DNA of 64,000 nucleotides from Piromyces finnis finn (Eukaryota; Fungi; Neocallimastigomycota): contig MCFH01000023.1 in the NCBI GenBank assembly GCA_002104945.1, positions 372,001-436,000 on the forward strand, read 5' to 3'. Under the pieces are notes generated by a model, which was not told the DNA's origin, did not search any database, and saw only the letters and a list, made by a program, of their open reading frames with translations. Shown here piece after piece: positions 52,401-64,000 of the stretch; position 1 is the stretch's first letter; each line of letters starts with the position of its first letter. The position numbers were made by a program, and so were the translations under genes.

Positions 52401-54026
52401 TTTGCAGATGATATAGTTATTTGTGCTCCAACAAGAGGATGCTTAAAAAAGATGCTTAGAAGAGTTAATGAATGGGCATTGTATAATGAAATGGAATTTG
52501 GTATCCAGAAATGTTCAACGATGGTGATTCGTCCTGAATCAATAGAAAATCAGAACAAGAGAGATCCAACATTTTACTTAGCAGGACAACCCATTCCAAC
52601 TACTGATTGCTATACTTATCTTGGTGTTCCATTTGATAAGAATCTGTCCCTTAAACCAGTAATTAAAGCTCTTAATAACAAGGTTTTGAAAGGGCTTTTC
52701 TCAGTCAGTAAATTCTTAAGAAATCCTAATATTCCTATTCCTTTCAAAAAACTAGTACTTAACTCACAAGTGATTAGCAGAGTTTCATACTTTGCACCAT
52801 TACTTGGATCCAACAAAGCTAGGTCTAGGATTGCTCAGAAGCATGTTAACAAAGGAATACGATGGGTTGCCGGAGTTCATAAAGCTGTATCGTTTATATC
52901 TTTATACTCTATTTCAAAAGATTTGAATATTCCTCCATTGTCAGCCAAATGTGCGTTAGCTCAGGTTAGATGTTTTAACAAATGGAAAAACTCAAATTGT
53001 ATTATCTCACACCTTGTCAATTACATTCCTAAATTTAGAAAATACACGTGGTGCAAATCAAGTAGGACACTTGATAAAAAATTAAAGAAACATGGAGATG
53101 TTAAAGCAGTTAAAAACTTTTATTGGAAAGATCTCAAAGGGAATTCAATCAAAGCGCAATATTATGATGATAATAAATTTATTGAAACTAAAGATTTTAT
53201 TAAATTATGTTATGAATACCCAGAGTTTGCCTATGGCTTCTACTGGCTATTGAAAGCAAGAAGCGGATACAAGTTGGATGCTAGAGTTGCCAAAGCTGCC
53301 AAATTTGTTGATCCAGTTTGTCCTAACTACTGTCCATGTTGCAAGTGTGGAGATCAAAGTATTAAACATTGGTTATTAGATTGTCCAACATTTAGAGATA
53401 TCCGTATTAAACATTATGATTCTATAGTCCAGCTATTAAATTTTTTCAGTCAACGTAATTCCAATAGTCCTATCAATAATAATGAAATTGATAATATCAG
53501 TAGAGATAGTAATAACATTAATAGTAATAGTAACAATAGTAGTAATAACAATAGTAATAGTAACAATAGTAATAGTAACAATAGTAATAATAACAATAAT
53601 AGAAATAATAATATTAGTAATGATAGCAATAGTGAAGATAATAATTCTAATTTAGATAGTAATTTAGTTAATGATAGTAATAGTTCTAATAATCCGGTGA
53701 ATATTAATGTGTATGATTATTCTAGTGTGTGCAGTAAAATATTTAAATTCCTTCTTGGGGGAAGAAGTTTTAACAATATTAATTACAATTCAAGGGAATG
53801 GAAAGAACTTTGTAAGCGTCAGATTCAATCTGGTACTAATGAAGGAGCACCATTCTTGACGGTAACCGCGGAACTTCTAACCAAAATCATGCCTTTTGCT
53901 ATTGGCCAGCAATGGTCAATGTTCAAAAGGTTTGAAGCAACATCCAAGAGCGTCAATGCTGAAGAAACAGTAAGACAGGCCAGGAGGGCCAGCGCAACCA
54001 ATGGAGATCATAATTTTGTTCCATGA
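49497..54026 (+). CDS. LINE polyprotein: APE endonuclease + reverse transcriptase + CCHC knuckle
   Basis: 1509 aa with the same catalytic motifs as copy 1. I counted 13 substitutions and a 2-aa indel between the copies. Confidence 0.95.
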   Translation: MSVLYIKDKNYIRRGTRSYGIPLDDIRSFFIRGIRSWSVNMLWEKLEVILEDKFNSVISVKYFQTFNDHFFLVKVHGSSKDCIKILHMLKKKLSVTSISFSARSRRNHKYTFSTLKRKILISNKHQHSIQQSFQQSVQQSHQQSDLQLDLQQDLQQVSNHENIPDLQQTQFQSQHSTINSNSSINSDNSSIVDSSSVSQPSSNSSTYSSDASSINNDDFNNSNNSNDSSSSSSNKPDNFSFCLSWNTNGWNHEKRDSISYFTAIFKPLFLCFQETGNGSGSNTDYPCRVTLRNYRHFFKKADESVPGMRGLYLGFHNSCQASLENFSGKYIISIYTFSLWNRFKCSIGNVYMPHSHHNIYVDHAKLEVRLWLQTHSSHPSILVGDFNMSKVKLSNWLSTNGLGDWEILPLRGSTISWTRGDQSSDIDHALINSKMKDLIHSGSFINNFYPVSDHKPLLINGKIIPMDDFSNDFNVPKKILKWNRLKCIEEKESILSHNKFQILSAKSNDPNVSTDELSKEFTSTAFSIADELSITSANNVIKSSFHISQQIFNLQKIKMKLYKRFKKERIYDIDEFIKRIKIYRKLIDYIHKRCNEFRKQEYLHWIKTGCEYMKSHNPKKAWKWIKKTAKIGKDSFFIAQPIKNKNGELVVATEEQLDVWHDHFENLASDPSGVSLDLEHWYEEPMNKRFSLPMLDEWDINQDISIDEVKSAILSTPNYKASGPDGIPIEFYKALVPSSNDSNNATDNNSSGNTTSDNDAHGLNFILKLFNRIWDGDFPNSWNESSIVSIPKKGDLTDCDNYRGISLINNGIKLISKIVTTRISEYGLKNNFIRPEQFGFRKKEESISLFISIQEICRRRQLDNKETYLAFLDLRKAYDSVPIGNILHKLDCLGIRGKSLQFIKNLYLTSKANVKLDGQFSKSFDVKKGVRQGCPLSPILFNLFINDIFRECEDLGVSLGDTRCCGGLFADDIVICAPTRGCLKKMLRRVNEWALYNEMEFGIQKCSTMVIRPESIENQNKRDPTFYLAGQPIPTTDCYTYLGVPFDKNLSLKPVIKALNNKVLKGLFSVSKFLRNPNIPIPFKKLVLNSQVISRVSYFAPLLGSNKARSRIAQKHVNKGIRWVAGVHKAVSFISLYSISKDLNIPPLSAKCALAQVRCFNKWKNSNCIISHLVNYIPKFRKYTWCKSSRTLDKKLKKHGDVKAVKNFYWKDLKGNSIKAQYYDDNKFIETKDFIKLCYEYPEFAYGFYWLLKARSGYKLDARVAKAAKFVDPVCPNYCPCCKCGDQSIKHWLLDCPTFRDIRIKHYDSIVQLLNFFSQRNSNSPINNNEIDNISRDSNNINSNSNNSSNNNSNSNNSNSNNSNNNNNRNNNISNDSNSEDNNSNLDSNLVNDSNSSNNPVNINVYDYSSVCSKIFKFLLGGRSFNNINYNSREWKELCKRQIQSGTNEGAPFLTVTAELLTKIMPFAIGQQWSMFKRFEATSKSVNAEETVRQARRASATNGDHNFVP

Positions 54027-54261
54027 CAAAATTTTGATCTTTGGCTCGGTGTCCCATTGGAAGTCAAATACAATTATTATACTTTAGTATGATAGTGGCT
54101 TTCTTACTTTAATTAAAATTACTAGAATACATTATACCCAATTTTTATTCATTTGTGTTTATTTAAACATATTTTTTTTTTATTTTTATTTATTTTAATT
54201 TTTTATTACATGTATTATAATTTTAATTAAATTAATAATAAAGTTTAAAATATTTGATGCC

Positions 54262-54302
<41 letters not shown>

Positions 54303-54303
<1 letters not shown>

Positions 54304-54530
54304 ACTTAAATTTAGGAATTACTTGGATTATTCATATTCGATGCGGTTATGAAAACACTACCAAAATTGCTATTGCCAGTAATAGAGTTACTCCTGACTA
54401 CCCTAGTGTTTTTCCATGTTGCAGATATGACGAACAATCTTTTTACCATTGAATATTAGAATGTTCTGTATTCAGTGAATACAAAACTTATTCACTTAAT
54501 TTTTCTGATGATCTTTTTACCTTTTTTTAT
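54303..54530 (+). pseudogene. Fossil C-terminal (zinc-knuckle) fragment of a more diverged LINE
   Basis: Translates to NLNLGITWIIHIRCGYENTTKIAIASNRVTPDYPSVFPCCRYDEQSFYH*ILECSVF. This is colinear with AYGFYWLLKARSGYKLDARVAKAAKFVDPVCPNYCPCCKCGDQSIKHWLLDCPTF of the intact element. Confidence 0.8.
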
Positions 54531-55090
54531 AATAAATAAAAGAATCAATTCATCATTGACTTACTCCCTGAAATGGAAGTAAGAAAAAACAATTTATAAT
54601 TATATTTCTACGTTCCTTTTTAGTGTGGAACTTTAGCTTATGAGCTACGAATGAAAATATTATGAACTCATAAAAGAGTTTAGTGAACACCACACTGTCC
54701 TACCTGATGTTATTTCTCTTTTTAATACAATTTAATTAATCCCACACATTACAAATTGCAGAGTTTATTGAACTTTTATGCAGCTTAAATAATTAAATTA
54801 TTTTATTTTACCTTTATACATATTTTATTATTTTTACATATTATTTATTATATTTATTATATTTATTATACAAATATTTACTATCACCTAATATAATGTA
54901 AAAATTATAAAATAAATAAATATAAGGAGTGTATTTATCTAAAAAAAAAATAAAAAAATAAAAAAATATTCAGTTAGTAAATTTTTAAGGAACTCAAATT
55001 TTCCTATTCCATATAAGAAACTAGTTCATAATTCGCAAGTATCAGTAGAGTTTCATACTCTATTCTACTTTTTGGATATAATAAAGTTAC

Positions 55091-55271
<181 letters not shown>

Positions 55272-55733
55272 GTAATAACTATGGTAGAAGTATTTATAGT
55301 AATAGCGAAAATAATAATTCTAATTCTTTATACTTGAATAATTCTTATAGTATAAATAATAATATAATTATTGATATTTCAAATATATTAATATGAATAA
55401 TTATTATAGTATGTGCAAAAAAAAAAAAAAAATTAAATTTCTTCTTGAAAGAAGAAGCTATAAGAATAATAATAGTATAAGGGATGGGGAAAACTTTGTA
55501 AATGTCAAATTATACCAAGCACCTGTCAAAATTTGATCTCTGACTATAAGTACCATTAAAAAGTCAAATTATACTTTAATTATGTCTATTAATTACAATT
55601 ACTAGAATATTATTAAAATTGTAATTACTAGAATATAATTTTAATAATAAATAAATTTATTATTTTATTGTTTATTTATTATTAAGTCAGAACAATATGA
55701 TTTTCTCAATTTATGAAAAAAAAAAAGGTATAA

Positions 55734-55737
<4 letters not shown>

Positions 55738-55806
<69 letters not shown>
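55738..55806. repeat. (ATT)n microsatellite
   Basis: Direct read of the sequence. Confidence 0.9.
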
Positions 55807-56123
55807 TAATTATCACTCAAAATCTCATTTCAATATAAAGATAATCATTATTATTAAATTTTTGTAAATATTACTTTAAAAAAAATATTATATATATTAA
55901 GAATTCACAATAAATAATAAAATTTATATTTTAAAATAATTTTGATATTTAAGAAAAGTTAGTTCTCAATAAAATACTGCTTAATATAATAAATATTAAG
56001 TATTGTTTTATTTTTTTATTTATTTTATTTATTTTACTACAATTCCTTATTCATTTTTTGATCTCACTAAATTATTTTATTTTTTTTAAAGATTTAATAA
56101 AAATTTCAATGTTTAAAAATGGT

Positions 56124-57989
56124 CTAACAAGATTTTAATAAACCACACCAATCATTGTTTTCTACTCCCCAATTTCCATCTCTATCAGTATAAACAACAT
56201 TTATACATGATGAACAACATGGATATCCTAATAAACTTGACCAGCATGATTCCTTATTGATACCACACCAATTTCCGTTTTCAACACCCCAATCACCATC
56301 ACTGTCAGTGTAGACAACGTTAGTATTAGAATTAGAACAACAGTTATATCCTAATTTTACAGACCAACAGTTAGAACTAGTTGGTTGTGGGTTTTTGGTA
56401 GTAGTAGTAGTAGTAGTAGTCTTTTTGGTGGTGGTGGTGGTAGAAGTAGTAGTAGTTCTTTTAGTAGTAGTGGTAGTTCTAGTAGTTGTTGTTGTAACTG
56501 GAATATTCCAATTACCCCAATTACCCCAATTATTATTTCCCCAATTGTTACCCCAGTCAAAACCAAAACCTCCAAAACCTCCATTTCCTATTGGTTGAGC
56601 ATTAGTTGGTTGTGAGTAAGTGGTAGTAGTATAAGTAAATCCATTATTTAAATATTCAGAAGCAATGCTACAGTCAAGCCAGTCATATGTTGTACAAACA
56701 AAATTAAATTTATCAAGAATCCATCTTTTAAGTCCATAAGCTTGACTTGTCATAGTCATGAATTGGGTATTAATATGAGTAAATTCAGAGTTAGCATCCC
56801 ATTGACTAATGGTATAATCATAACTAGTACTGCTTTTGTTTAATCTACCCAATTGTTTTTCTTTATCTTCAGTAACATATGGACGAATAAATTCTTTAAG
56901 AGAATCAATATGTGGGAATAAAAGTTTTGGATTAAAAGCATTACTAATAATTTCTTGAAGACATTCTCTAAATATTTCTGGCTTATCTTGTAGAATAACA
57001 TTAACAACATGTTTGTTTCCATGCCAGTCTTCAAATTTTGCTTTAACCCAAGTATCAATATTACTACCAACGATGCCATTTGGATTATTGAACATTAAAC
57101 CCATAGAAAGATCTTGACCAAACGTAGCATCAAAATCATATAAAACCATTTCCCATTTACCATTTGGGGGTTTATACATACTGTAGTTATGACCATAAAG
57201 ACAATAATGATCCCATGAACCAGTAAGATAGTCCATAAGTACAGCTTTCATAAACGTCTTAATATCTAAAATGTTCTCTATTTGAGAAACTGTTCTTGCA
57301 TTATCAAGTGTAGTAACTAATTGTCTAAATCCAGACATATCCGGATTTTCGTCATTTTCATTTTCACATGTATTTAAACTCTTAGTAGTTAAATCACTAT
57401 TAAGTTCTCCACATTGTATTAAATTAGTACTATCTTTATCATCATGTTCAATGTCAATATAAGACATTTTTAAAGAATCCATAATAACGTAGAAACCCAT
57501 ATCTTCTTCATTAATAGACATTTTAACATAATTTGCTGACATAGAATCTGGTTGACCAAGACGATTATTAATATCACAAAAAAGTTTTGATCTTAAAAAA
57601 GTAGCTTCTCTTGCTTCAGAACGGATACGAAACTGTTTGCGACCATATAATTTATCATTACGAATCTTTATATTGAAAGCTTGTCTTGGATAATACCTTG
57701 AAGAAACACCACCTAATGAAAAAGTGACCTCTGGAAATGTTTTGGTAGTTTCATTATCAAGTTTAAAACTAAGTTGAGCATTTTTTGTTTTAAAATCATT
57801 AGTAGAGAACATATTATTGTTTCCAATCAAATTTTTAAATTGTTGAAATTCACTAGGTGGCATAGTAATCTCCCATGTTGGAACTATAAAATCCGTTTTT
57901 TCAAAATATTTTGCTCTTTTAACACCAGCAAGAAAATCATCTTTTGCAACCACTAGAGTTACACAAAAGACTATTTCAAAAAGTTTCAG
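56124..57989 (-). CDS. cotH: CotH kinase-family cellulosomal protein with Thr-rich linker and two fungal dockerin (CBM10-like) modules
   Basis: CotH motifs [32 protein letters not shown] and YDFDATFG. C-terminal [24 protein letters not shown] and [21 protein letters not shown]. The frame extends to CTG at 57989, giving a signal peptide. Confidence 0.92.
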   Translation of the reverse strand: MKLFEIVFCVTLVVAKDDFLAGVKRAKYFEKTDFIVPTWEITMPPSEFQQFKNLIGNNNMFSTNDFKTKNAQLSFKLDNETTKTFPEVTFSLGGVSSRYYPRQAFNIKIRNDKLYGRKQFRIRSEAREATFLRSKLFCDINNRLGQPDSMSANYVKMSINEEDMGFYVIMDSLKMSYIDIEHDDKDSTNLIQCGELNSDLTTKSLNTCENENDENPDMSGFRQLVTTLDNARTVSQIENILDIKTFMKAVLMDYLTGSWDHYCLYGHNYSMYKPPNGKWEMVLYDFDATFGQDLSMGLMFNNPNGIVGSNIDTWVKAKFEDWHGNKHVVNVILQDKPEIFRECLQEIISNAFNPKLLFPHIDSLKEFIRPYVTEDKEKQLGRLNKSSTSYDYTISQWDANSEFTHINTQFMTMTSQAYGLKRWILDKFNFVCTTYDWLDCSIASEYLNNGFTYTTTTYSQPTNAQPIGNGGFGGFGFDWGNNWGNNNWGNWGNWNIPVTTTTTRTTTTTKRTTTTSTTTTTKKTTTTTTTTKNPQPTSSNCWSVKLGYNCCSNSNTNVVYTDSDGDWGVENGNWCGINKESCWSSLLGYPCCSSCINVVYTDRDGNWGVENNDWCGLLKSC

Positions 57990-60900
57990 TATTATATTTA
58001 TATATTATTAATTATAATATCATTTCGTTAGTCTTATATTTATTATAAATTCATATATTTATTATCAATATTTTTTTTTAATTTTAATTCATTATAATTT
58101 CATAATTACCAAATAAAAATAAAAATAATTTCATCCTACTTTAGATTTGATTTTCCTTTAATTGAAGATTTATTAGTAATTTTTTTTGATATTTATTTTG
58201 TATTTTATATTGGTTTTATTGTTTCTTAAAGACTTTCTGCTTTAACTTTTATATATATATATTCCTTCAAGAAAATATTATATATTTATCACTATTTGAA
58301 ATTTGATTTTAGAAATCGCTTTATTTTCTAAATGTTAAAAAAAAAGTAGACCAGTACTTTAATTTTTTCTGAATATATTTACAACAGTAAAATAGTATAA
58401 TACACAAATCAAAATTTAAAATGTTATTTACAATTTTATTTCATTTAAACTATATTATTTTTAAAAACAACTAAAATGAAATTAAAAAAAATATAATTGT
58501 ATAAAAAAAATTTTTTTTTTATGAAATAAAATAAAAATTCAATATTTAAAATTTATTTTTTCTTTGGAAGTTTTTTTGTGTGCTTATATGTTACACAGCG
58601 ATATTCATTATATTTATAGTATTTTAGATCTCCATAATACTATAATATTAAATTTAAAAATAATTATTGTGTTGGTAAAAATAAATCTTATTCTATAAAA
58701 TTCATTGATATATGAAATAAGTATTGTTGGTTTTAATAATAAAATTATTATGTAATGATGAGTAATACTAATATATTAATATATATTATTAATATATATT
58801 ATTAATATATCCAAAGTATTATTTTATAGATTAATATATTACAATATATTAATAATGTATAATACTTAATATTAATGTTAAACTTTATATATTATATATT
58901 ATATTTTAATATAATAATTCAATTTATTATCTATATTAACTAATATTAATTTATAAAGGTTTAATATTATATTAATTTTTTTTGAATTTAATTTATTATT
59001 TAATTAGACCGCTTATTCATTTATTGAAAAATATTATTAATTATCCATAAAAAGAGAAATTACAAACTATTTAAAATTTTAATATGGTACAAATATATGT
59101 AAATTTATGAATAAATAAATCTTTATATCTTTAAAATTTATTGATTTTATATATGAAAATTAATATAATGTTACACAAGTAGTTTATACTAAAGTGCCAA
59201 CATAACAAAAATAATTCAAAGTTAGTCATTTAAAAAAGAAAAAACAAACTTTTATCAATTTTATAATACATATAAAGTAACCTCACTCTGTGTAATAAAA
59301 CATGCCAAAATATAAAAAAATAGATTGGTTTATTTATTGAATCATAATTACTTTTTTATATTACACATTTTATTTAAAATAAAGTTAATTTTATAATCAT
59401 TTTATTTTTTAAAAAAAAATTATTAGATGTTTTATTAATCTAGCTTCTTTTAAATGAAAAAAAAAAAAACTATATAAAATATATAATTTTAAATGTTTAC
59501 CGTTTTTTATTATTTTTAATTAGTTTATTTATATAATTTAGTATAATAAATTTTTTATTAACTAATTTTTGTCTAAGATTAAACTCATTTCGAATTATAT
59601 AAATCTTATGAATTCTATGAAATATTCAAAATACAATATAGGCAATTATTGGTTTAATTGTTTTATAAAAAAAATAGCGATAGTGTAAAAATTAAAGAAT
59701 AATATGTGTTGATATTATATATCTATTGATTAATAATTCGTAATAATTACTTAATAGAAAATAAATGATTAATATAAAGAAAAATTTTGAAATTGTTCAT
59801 ATTAATTTTAAATAAATTGAGTAGACTTTGTTATTTGTATTTTATTTTTTTTTTTAAAAAAAAACTCTAAAACAATATTAGCTTTTTTTTTTTTTTTTTT
59901 TTTACTATTATTATCATTATTTATTATTATTATTTTGTATATAAATTAAAAAATTAATTATTAAATAATGTATTGAATTTTATTTATTGAATTTAAAAAC
60001 ATAACTTTAATTATTATATAATTTATCAAGTATGGTCAACATTTTCAATACCTCTTTTAGTAATTTATTATTAAATATGTATTATTATTATATTAAGAGA
60101 AAAACAAATAATATAATTTAATATCTTTCAAAAATACTATATAAATTTTATGTTTTTTAGGATCATGATATTATATATAGATGGTATAGAAATATATATA
60201 TATAATAACATATTAAAAATAAAATAATATACAATGATACAATAACTTTGGAAGAGTTACTTTTTTTCTTATTAATTTAATCTTTAAATATTATTGTTAA
60301 TAAAACAATGTTAATTATTCATATTGAAAGAAAATAAATATTATATATAATAAATTTAAAAAATTTTAAATATTTTCAATATATACTAAATATATACTTG
60401 ATACCATATAAGTATTAAATTTTGCCTTTTATATATAATTTTACAGAAAGTATTTGTTAAACAATAATAATAACGTATTTATGTTTATTTAGATATACCA
60501 AATATATTATCCAATAAATAAATATTAGTTGTATTCCAAAGTCAATTGAAAAAATAAACTCATAAAAAAAGTCTTTTTTTCTATCAAGTAATTTTATATA
60601 AATATACGTTTGTTAAATAGATAATAAATATAATTATTATTTTTTTCAAAAAATAATATTAAATTTATTTACTTTTACAATATCATAATGCCATATTTCA
60701 TATGTAATGCTTATTCGAAAAAAAAAAAAAAAAAGTTTTTTGTTTTTTTTTTAAATATTTTTAATGAACCTTTTTTTAAGTACATTATTAAACTTGTACA
60801 TACAATAGTATAATGTATTAATTTATAAAACTTAATGTATTTTTATAAAAAAAAAGAAAGCATAATCTAGAATAATTATTAATTTTATTTAATTATAAAT

Positions 60901-61298
60901 TATATATATTTTGTTAAAGTCATTGTTATTTTAAAATAAATTTAAAAAAAAGGTTATTTCAATATATATAAATATTATAATTAACAATATATTATATATA
61001 TATATGTTTTTATATTTATAGTAATATTTACAGTATAATTATAATAAATAAAATTTTAATTAATTTATTTTCTGCAAAAGAACAAAATAATAAAATAAAA
61101 AAAATAATTATTTTGACAAAATGTTAATACTTATTAATATTTGGGAATAATATAGAAAATATTAAAAGAAAAAAGTATAATAGCATCATCATATATTTTT
61201 CAAAAAAAAAAAAAAGGGAATAAAATTTAAAAAATGTTTGTTTTCCCTTTAATTTCCTTATTTATTTCCCATTATTTCTAAAATGAAATCAAAGGTAT

Positions 61299-62134
61299 TT
61301 AATTATTATTTGTAGATTTAGTTTTAGAGGATTGATTTTTTGTTGTTGTTAAATTTAATGGTAATCTTAATAAATTGCCTAATTTTAATTAAATATAAAA
61401 AAATATTTTTTATTAAATTTCAATTTTATTACATAATTATATATAATTCTTTATAAGTAATGTAATAGTATACACATTTAACAATGAATTATATAAAAAG
61501 TAATAAAATAATGCTTACCATGATTTCTTACTGTATATATAAATTGCGTTATAATATCTTTTTCTGATATGTCTTGTGAATTCCAATGTTTGGTCACAGC
61601 ACTTAATAAATCATCTCTTGTATAATTGGTCTTAGTTTTAATTTTATAAGTATCTTTGTATTTTCGTAGTATTGAATTATCGAAGGAAGAAAGGTTTATC
61701 TTTTATTTTAAATAAAAATTGATTATATAATTAAATAATTCATATTTTCAACAACATATGTTTTCATTAATATTGAAAAGATTGAATTATTATTATCATC
61801 ATTATTATTATTATTTTATTGCAACAAAATTTTATTTTATATTTACCCTTGTTACGTTATCATTGTTATTTGAATTGTTAATAGAATCAAATACAATTGA
61901 AAGCATTTTTTTACTGCTGCGTCTTGAGATTTTATCTTTAGCTGAATTATGTTTTAATGAATGACTAGAGGAATTACTTCCACCTTCATTATTTTGATAT
62001 GATATGTTATTATTACCAGATGAATTTAATGAACCATTATTAGTATTGTTTCCATTTGAGTTTGAATTCTGACGAGTGGAAGTATTATTTGAATAAAAAG
62101 AATTTGACGAATGTGCATTTCTTTTTGAACCCAT
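61299..62134 (-). CDS. SAP30: SAP30-like Sin3-binding protein (3 exons)
   Basis: Exon 2 (about 61514..61700) reads INLSSFDNSILRKYKDTYKI..DLLSAVTKHWNSQDISEKDIITQFIYTVRN, the SAP30 Sin3-binding-domain pattern. Exon 1 is N/S-rich. The stop is at 61299..61301. Confidence 0.8.
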
Positions 62135-63264
62135 TTTATTTGATATATACTAAGAACAAATAATATATATAAACGGAAAATTATAATTAGAAATTAATTT
62201 AATTTACATCTATTTAACTTAAAAAACAATAATTAAATTATTCATAAGTATTATAAAAAAGTCATATTTAATTGAAAAAGAACTATATATATTATTTTAA
62301 ATAAGTATATTCTTAAAAATGGGTAATTAATCACTTTGATGATAACGAAAATAAATACATTACCTTTTTTTTTATTACTTACCAATTATAAAAATTTACT
62401 GAATATACCTGAATGTATTTTTCTTTAATTTATATTGCTTATTTTTATTAAATTTTACCAGAAAGAGCAAAAAACAATATATTGCTTGTATATTACGTAT
62501 ATATTAATATGAAAAAATATTTATATATATTATAATTTAAAAAAGAAATATAAAATTCTTTTATAACTCTTTAATTCAAACTTTTAATTTAATAGAAATT
62601 AAAGTATAAGAAAATAATAATAATAATTATATTAATGACTTTGTGCAATTTAATTATTTGGAATCTTGACTTCCAAAGGTATCAATAAAAAAAAACTATC
62701 CAATAAATGTCAATAAAATAGCTATATTTGTTTTTATTATATTATTTATTTGTATTATTCAAGCTTTACTTTTATTATTATTTTTTGTTTTTTTTTTCTT
62801 AGCCTTTTTTTTTTATCAATATTTTATTCTCTTAAATTCTTTATGTGTGTTTATGAAAATAATTTCAAAAAAGAATTAATAAAAAATAGTATAAAATAAA
62901 AAATTTTACTTTTGAAGTTTTTTTTTTTTTTTATTATTATTATTATATTATAAATAATTATTTATTTAATATATATTATTAACTAGTATTTTTTATTTAT
63001 GATTTATGAACTAACAAAAAAAAATTTTATATAAAAAACAATATAACATTTTTAATATATTAAAATAAATAATTTTATATAATGAATTTTCATTTTACAA
63101 AAAAAAGTTTTATTAATTTATAAAGGATAATAAATTGAAACATATATAAAAATATATTCTTATATATAATAAAGATAATTATCTTAATTTAATTAATATT
63201 TAACTTTTTTATTTCAAGTTATATTTTCCATTAGCAATAAATATAATATTTAAATAGTATTACT

Positions 63265-63374
63265 GAATTAATAAAAAAGAGAAATAATATTATAATAAAT
63301 TATATTAATGTAAGGAATTAATAAAAAAGAGAAATAATAATTTAATAAATTATATTAATGTAAGGAATTAATAA
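63265..63374. repeat. 50-bp tandem repeat, about 2.2 copies
   Basis: GAATTAATAA anchors at 63265, 63315 and 63365. Confidence 0.85.
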
Positions 63375-63915
63375 TTTCAATAAAAAACAATAATATTATT
63401 AATAAGAATAGTATATTTATTTATATATAAATCAATAAAATATTAGCAATTTATATATGCTAATTTTAACATTTGAAAATCAATTCTCTTTCATAGTAAA
63501 AATATTTATTATATATGTATATATTCTATAGAGTAATTTTAAGAAAATAGTATCAAATTACATAAGAATAAATTTTCTATATTTATTAAAATAAAAGGGG
63601 AAATAATAGCAATTTATAATAAATTAATATTCAATTAATGATTATAACTTGTATAAACACTATAATTTAATAAAAATAATTAACAATGAACTCTTAATTC
63701 AATTTTATTAACAAAATTTTCAAAAACAGTTTTATTGTTCCTATTTAAATATATTTTATATTATTTAAACTATCAAAATTTAAATACAATACCAAAAAGT
63801 CATAAACATTTATATATACTAATAATAAATAATAAAATTTTATAAAAATGGAAATATTGCTATTATTATAAAATTTCATCTATCTAAAAATATTTTTATT
63901 TCATAATTGTAATTT

Positions 63916-64000
63916 CTAGTTAAAACTAATGACAGGGTAATTTGGTATTGACTTTTGTGGTTCAATACCATAATGCATCATATCTTTAAGCAAATTGGTT
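63916..64000 (-). CDS. Possible 3' end of a gene extending beyond the window
   Basis: Raised GC and an open frame TNLLKDMMHYGIEPQKSIPNYPVISFN*. Confidence 0.35.
   Translation of the reverse strand, partial: TNLLKDMMHYGIEPQKSIPNYPVISFN

Larger units (their letters stand above)
48629..54301 (+). mobile_element. Single-ORF non-LTR retrotransposon, copy 2 (5'-truncated by about 20 bp)
   Basis: Inverted near-identical copy of 8862..14545: monomers 48629..48855, ORF 49497..54026, AATAAA 54237..54242, poly(A) 54265..54301. No TSD found. Confidence 0.95.

Noticed and set aside
58000-61290. 3.3-kb gene-free AT-rich stretch
   Set aside because: No ORF, terminal repeats or GC-rich island was found. 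It is consistent with ordinary intergenic DNA in this genome.
63943-63970. Hairpin TGGTATTGA..TCAATACCA resembling the histone stem sequence
   Set aside because: It has a 10-nt loop and 9-bp stem, lies inside a probable coding frame, and has no histone gene next to it.

Overview
This is extremely AT-rich eukaryotic DNA with GT-AG introns, most likely from an anaerobic gut fungus (Neocallimastigomycota). That assignment is an inference from base composition and a CotH protein with two fungal dockerin/CBM10 modules. The window holds about 18 host genes. These include an F-box/LRR protein, a KICS2/C12orf66-like gene, a GNAT acetyltransferase, two secreted histidine-phosphatase paralogues plus a relic, an IQ-motif protein, WBP2-like, METTL23-like, Yos1, Mtc2-like, Net1/Dnt1-like, a divergent intron-containing histone H3-H4 pair, CotH-dockerin and SAP30. 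There are also two ~99% identical, intact single-ORF non-LTR retrotransposons (APE-RT-CCHC) in opposite orientation about 34 kb apart. The most notable observation is that both histone genes are followed by a metazoan-type histone 3' stem-loop (GGTATT-TTTC/TTTA-AATACC), although fungal histone mRNAs are generally described as lacking this element. The LINE 5' end is built from structured ~124-bp tandem monomers carrying a perfect ATTGCGCAAT palindrome. LINE copy 2 sits in a chimeric, nested junction. The CotH gene appears to start at CUG. Protein family calls come from remembered motifs, not database searches, and the spliced models were read by hand.
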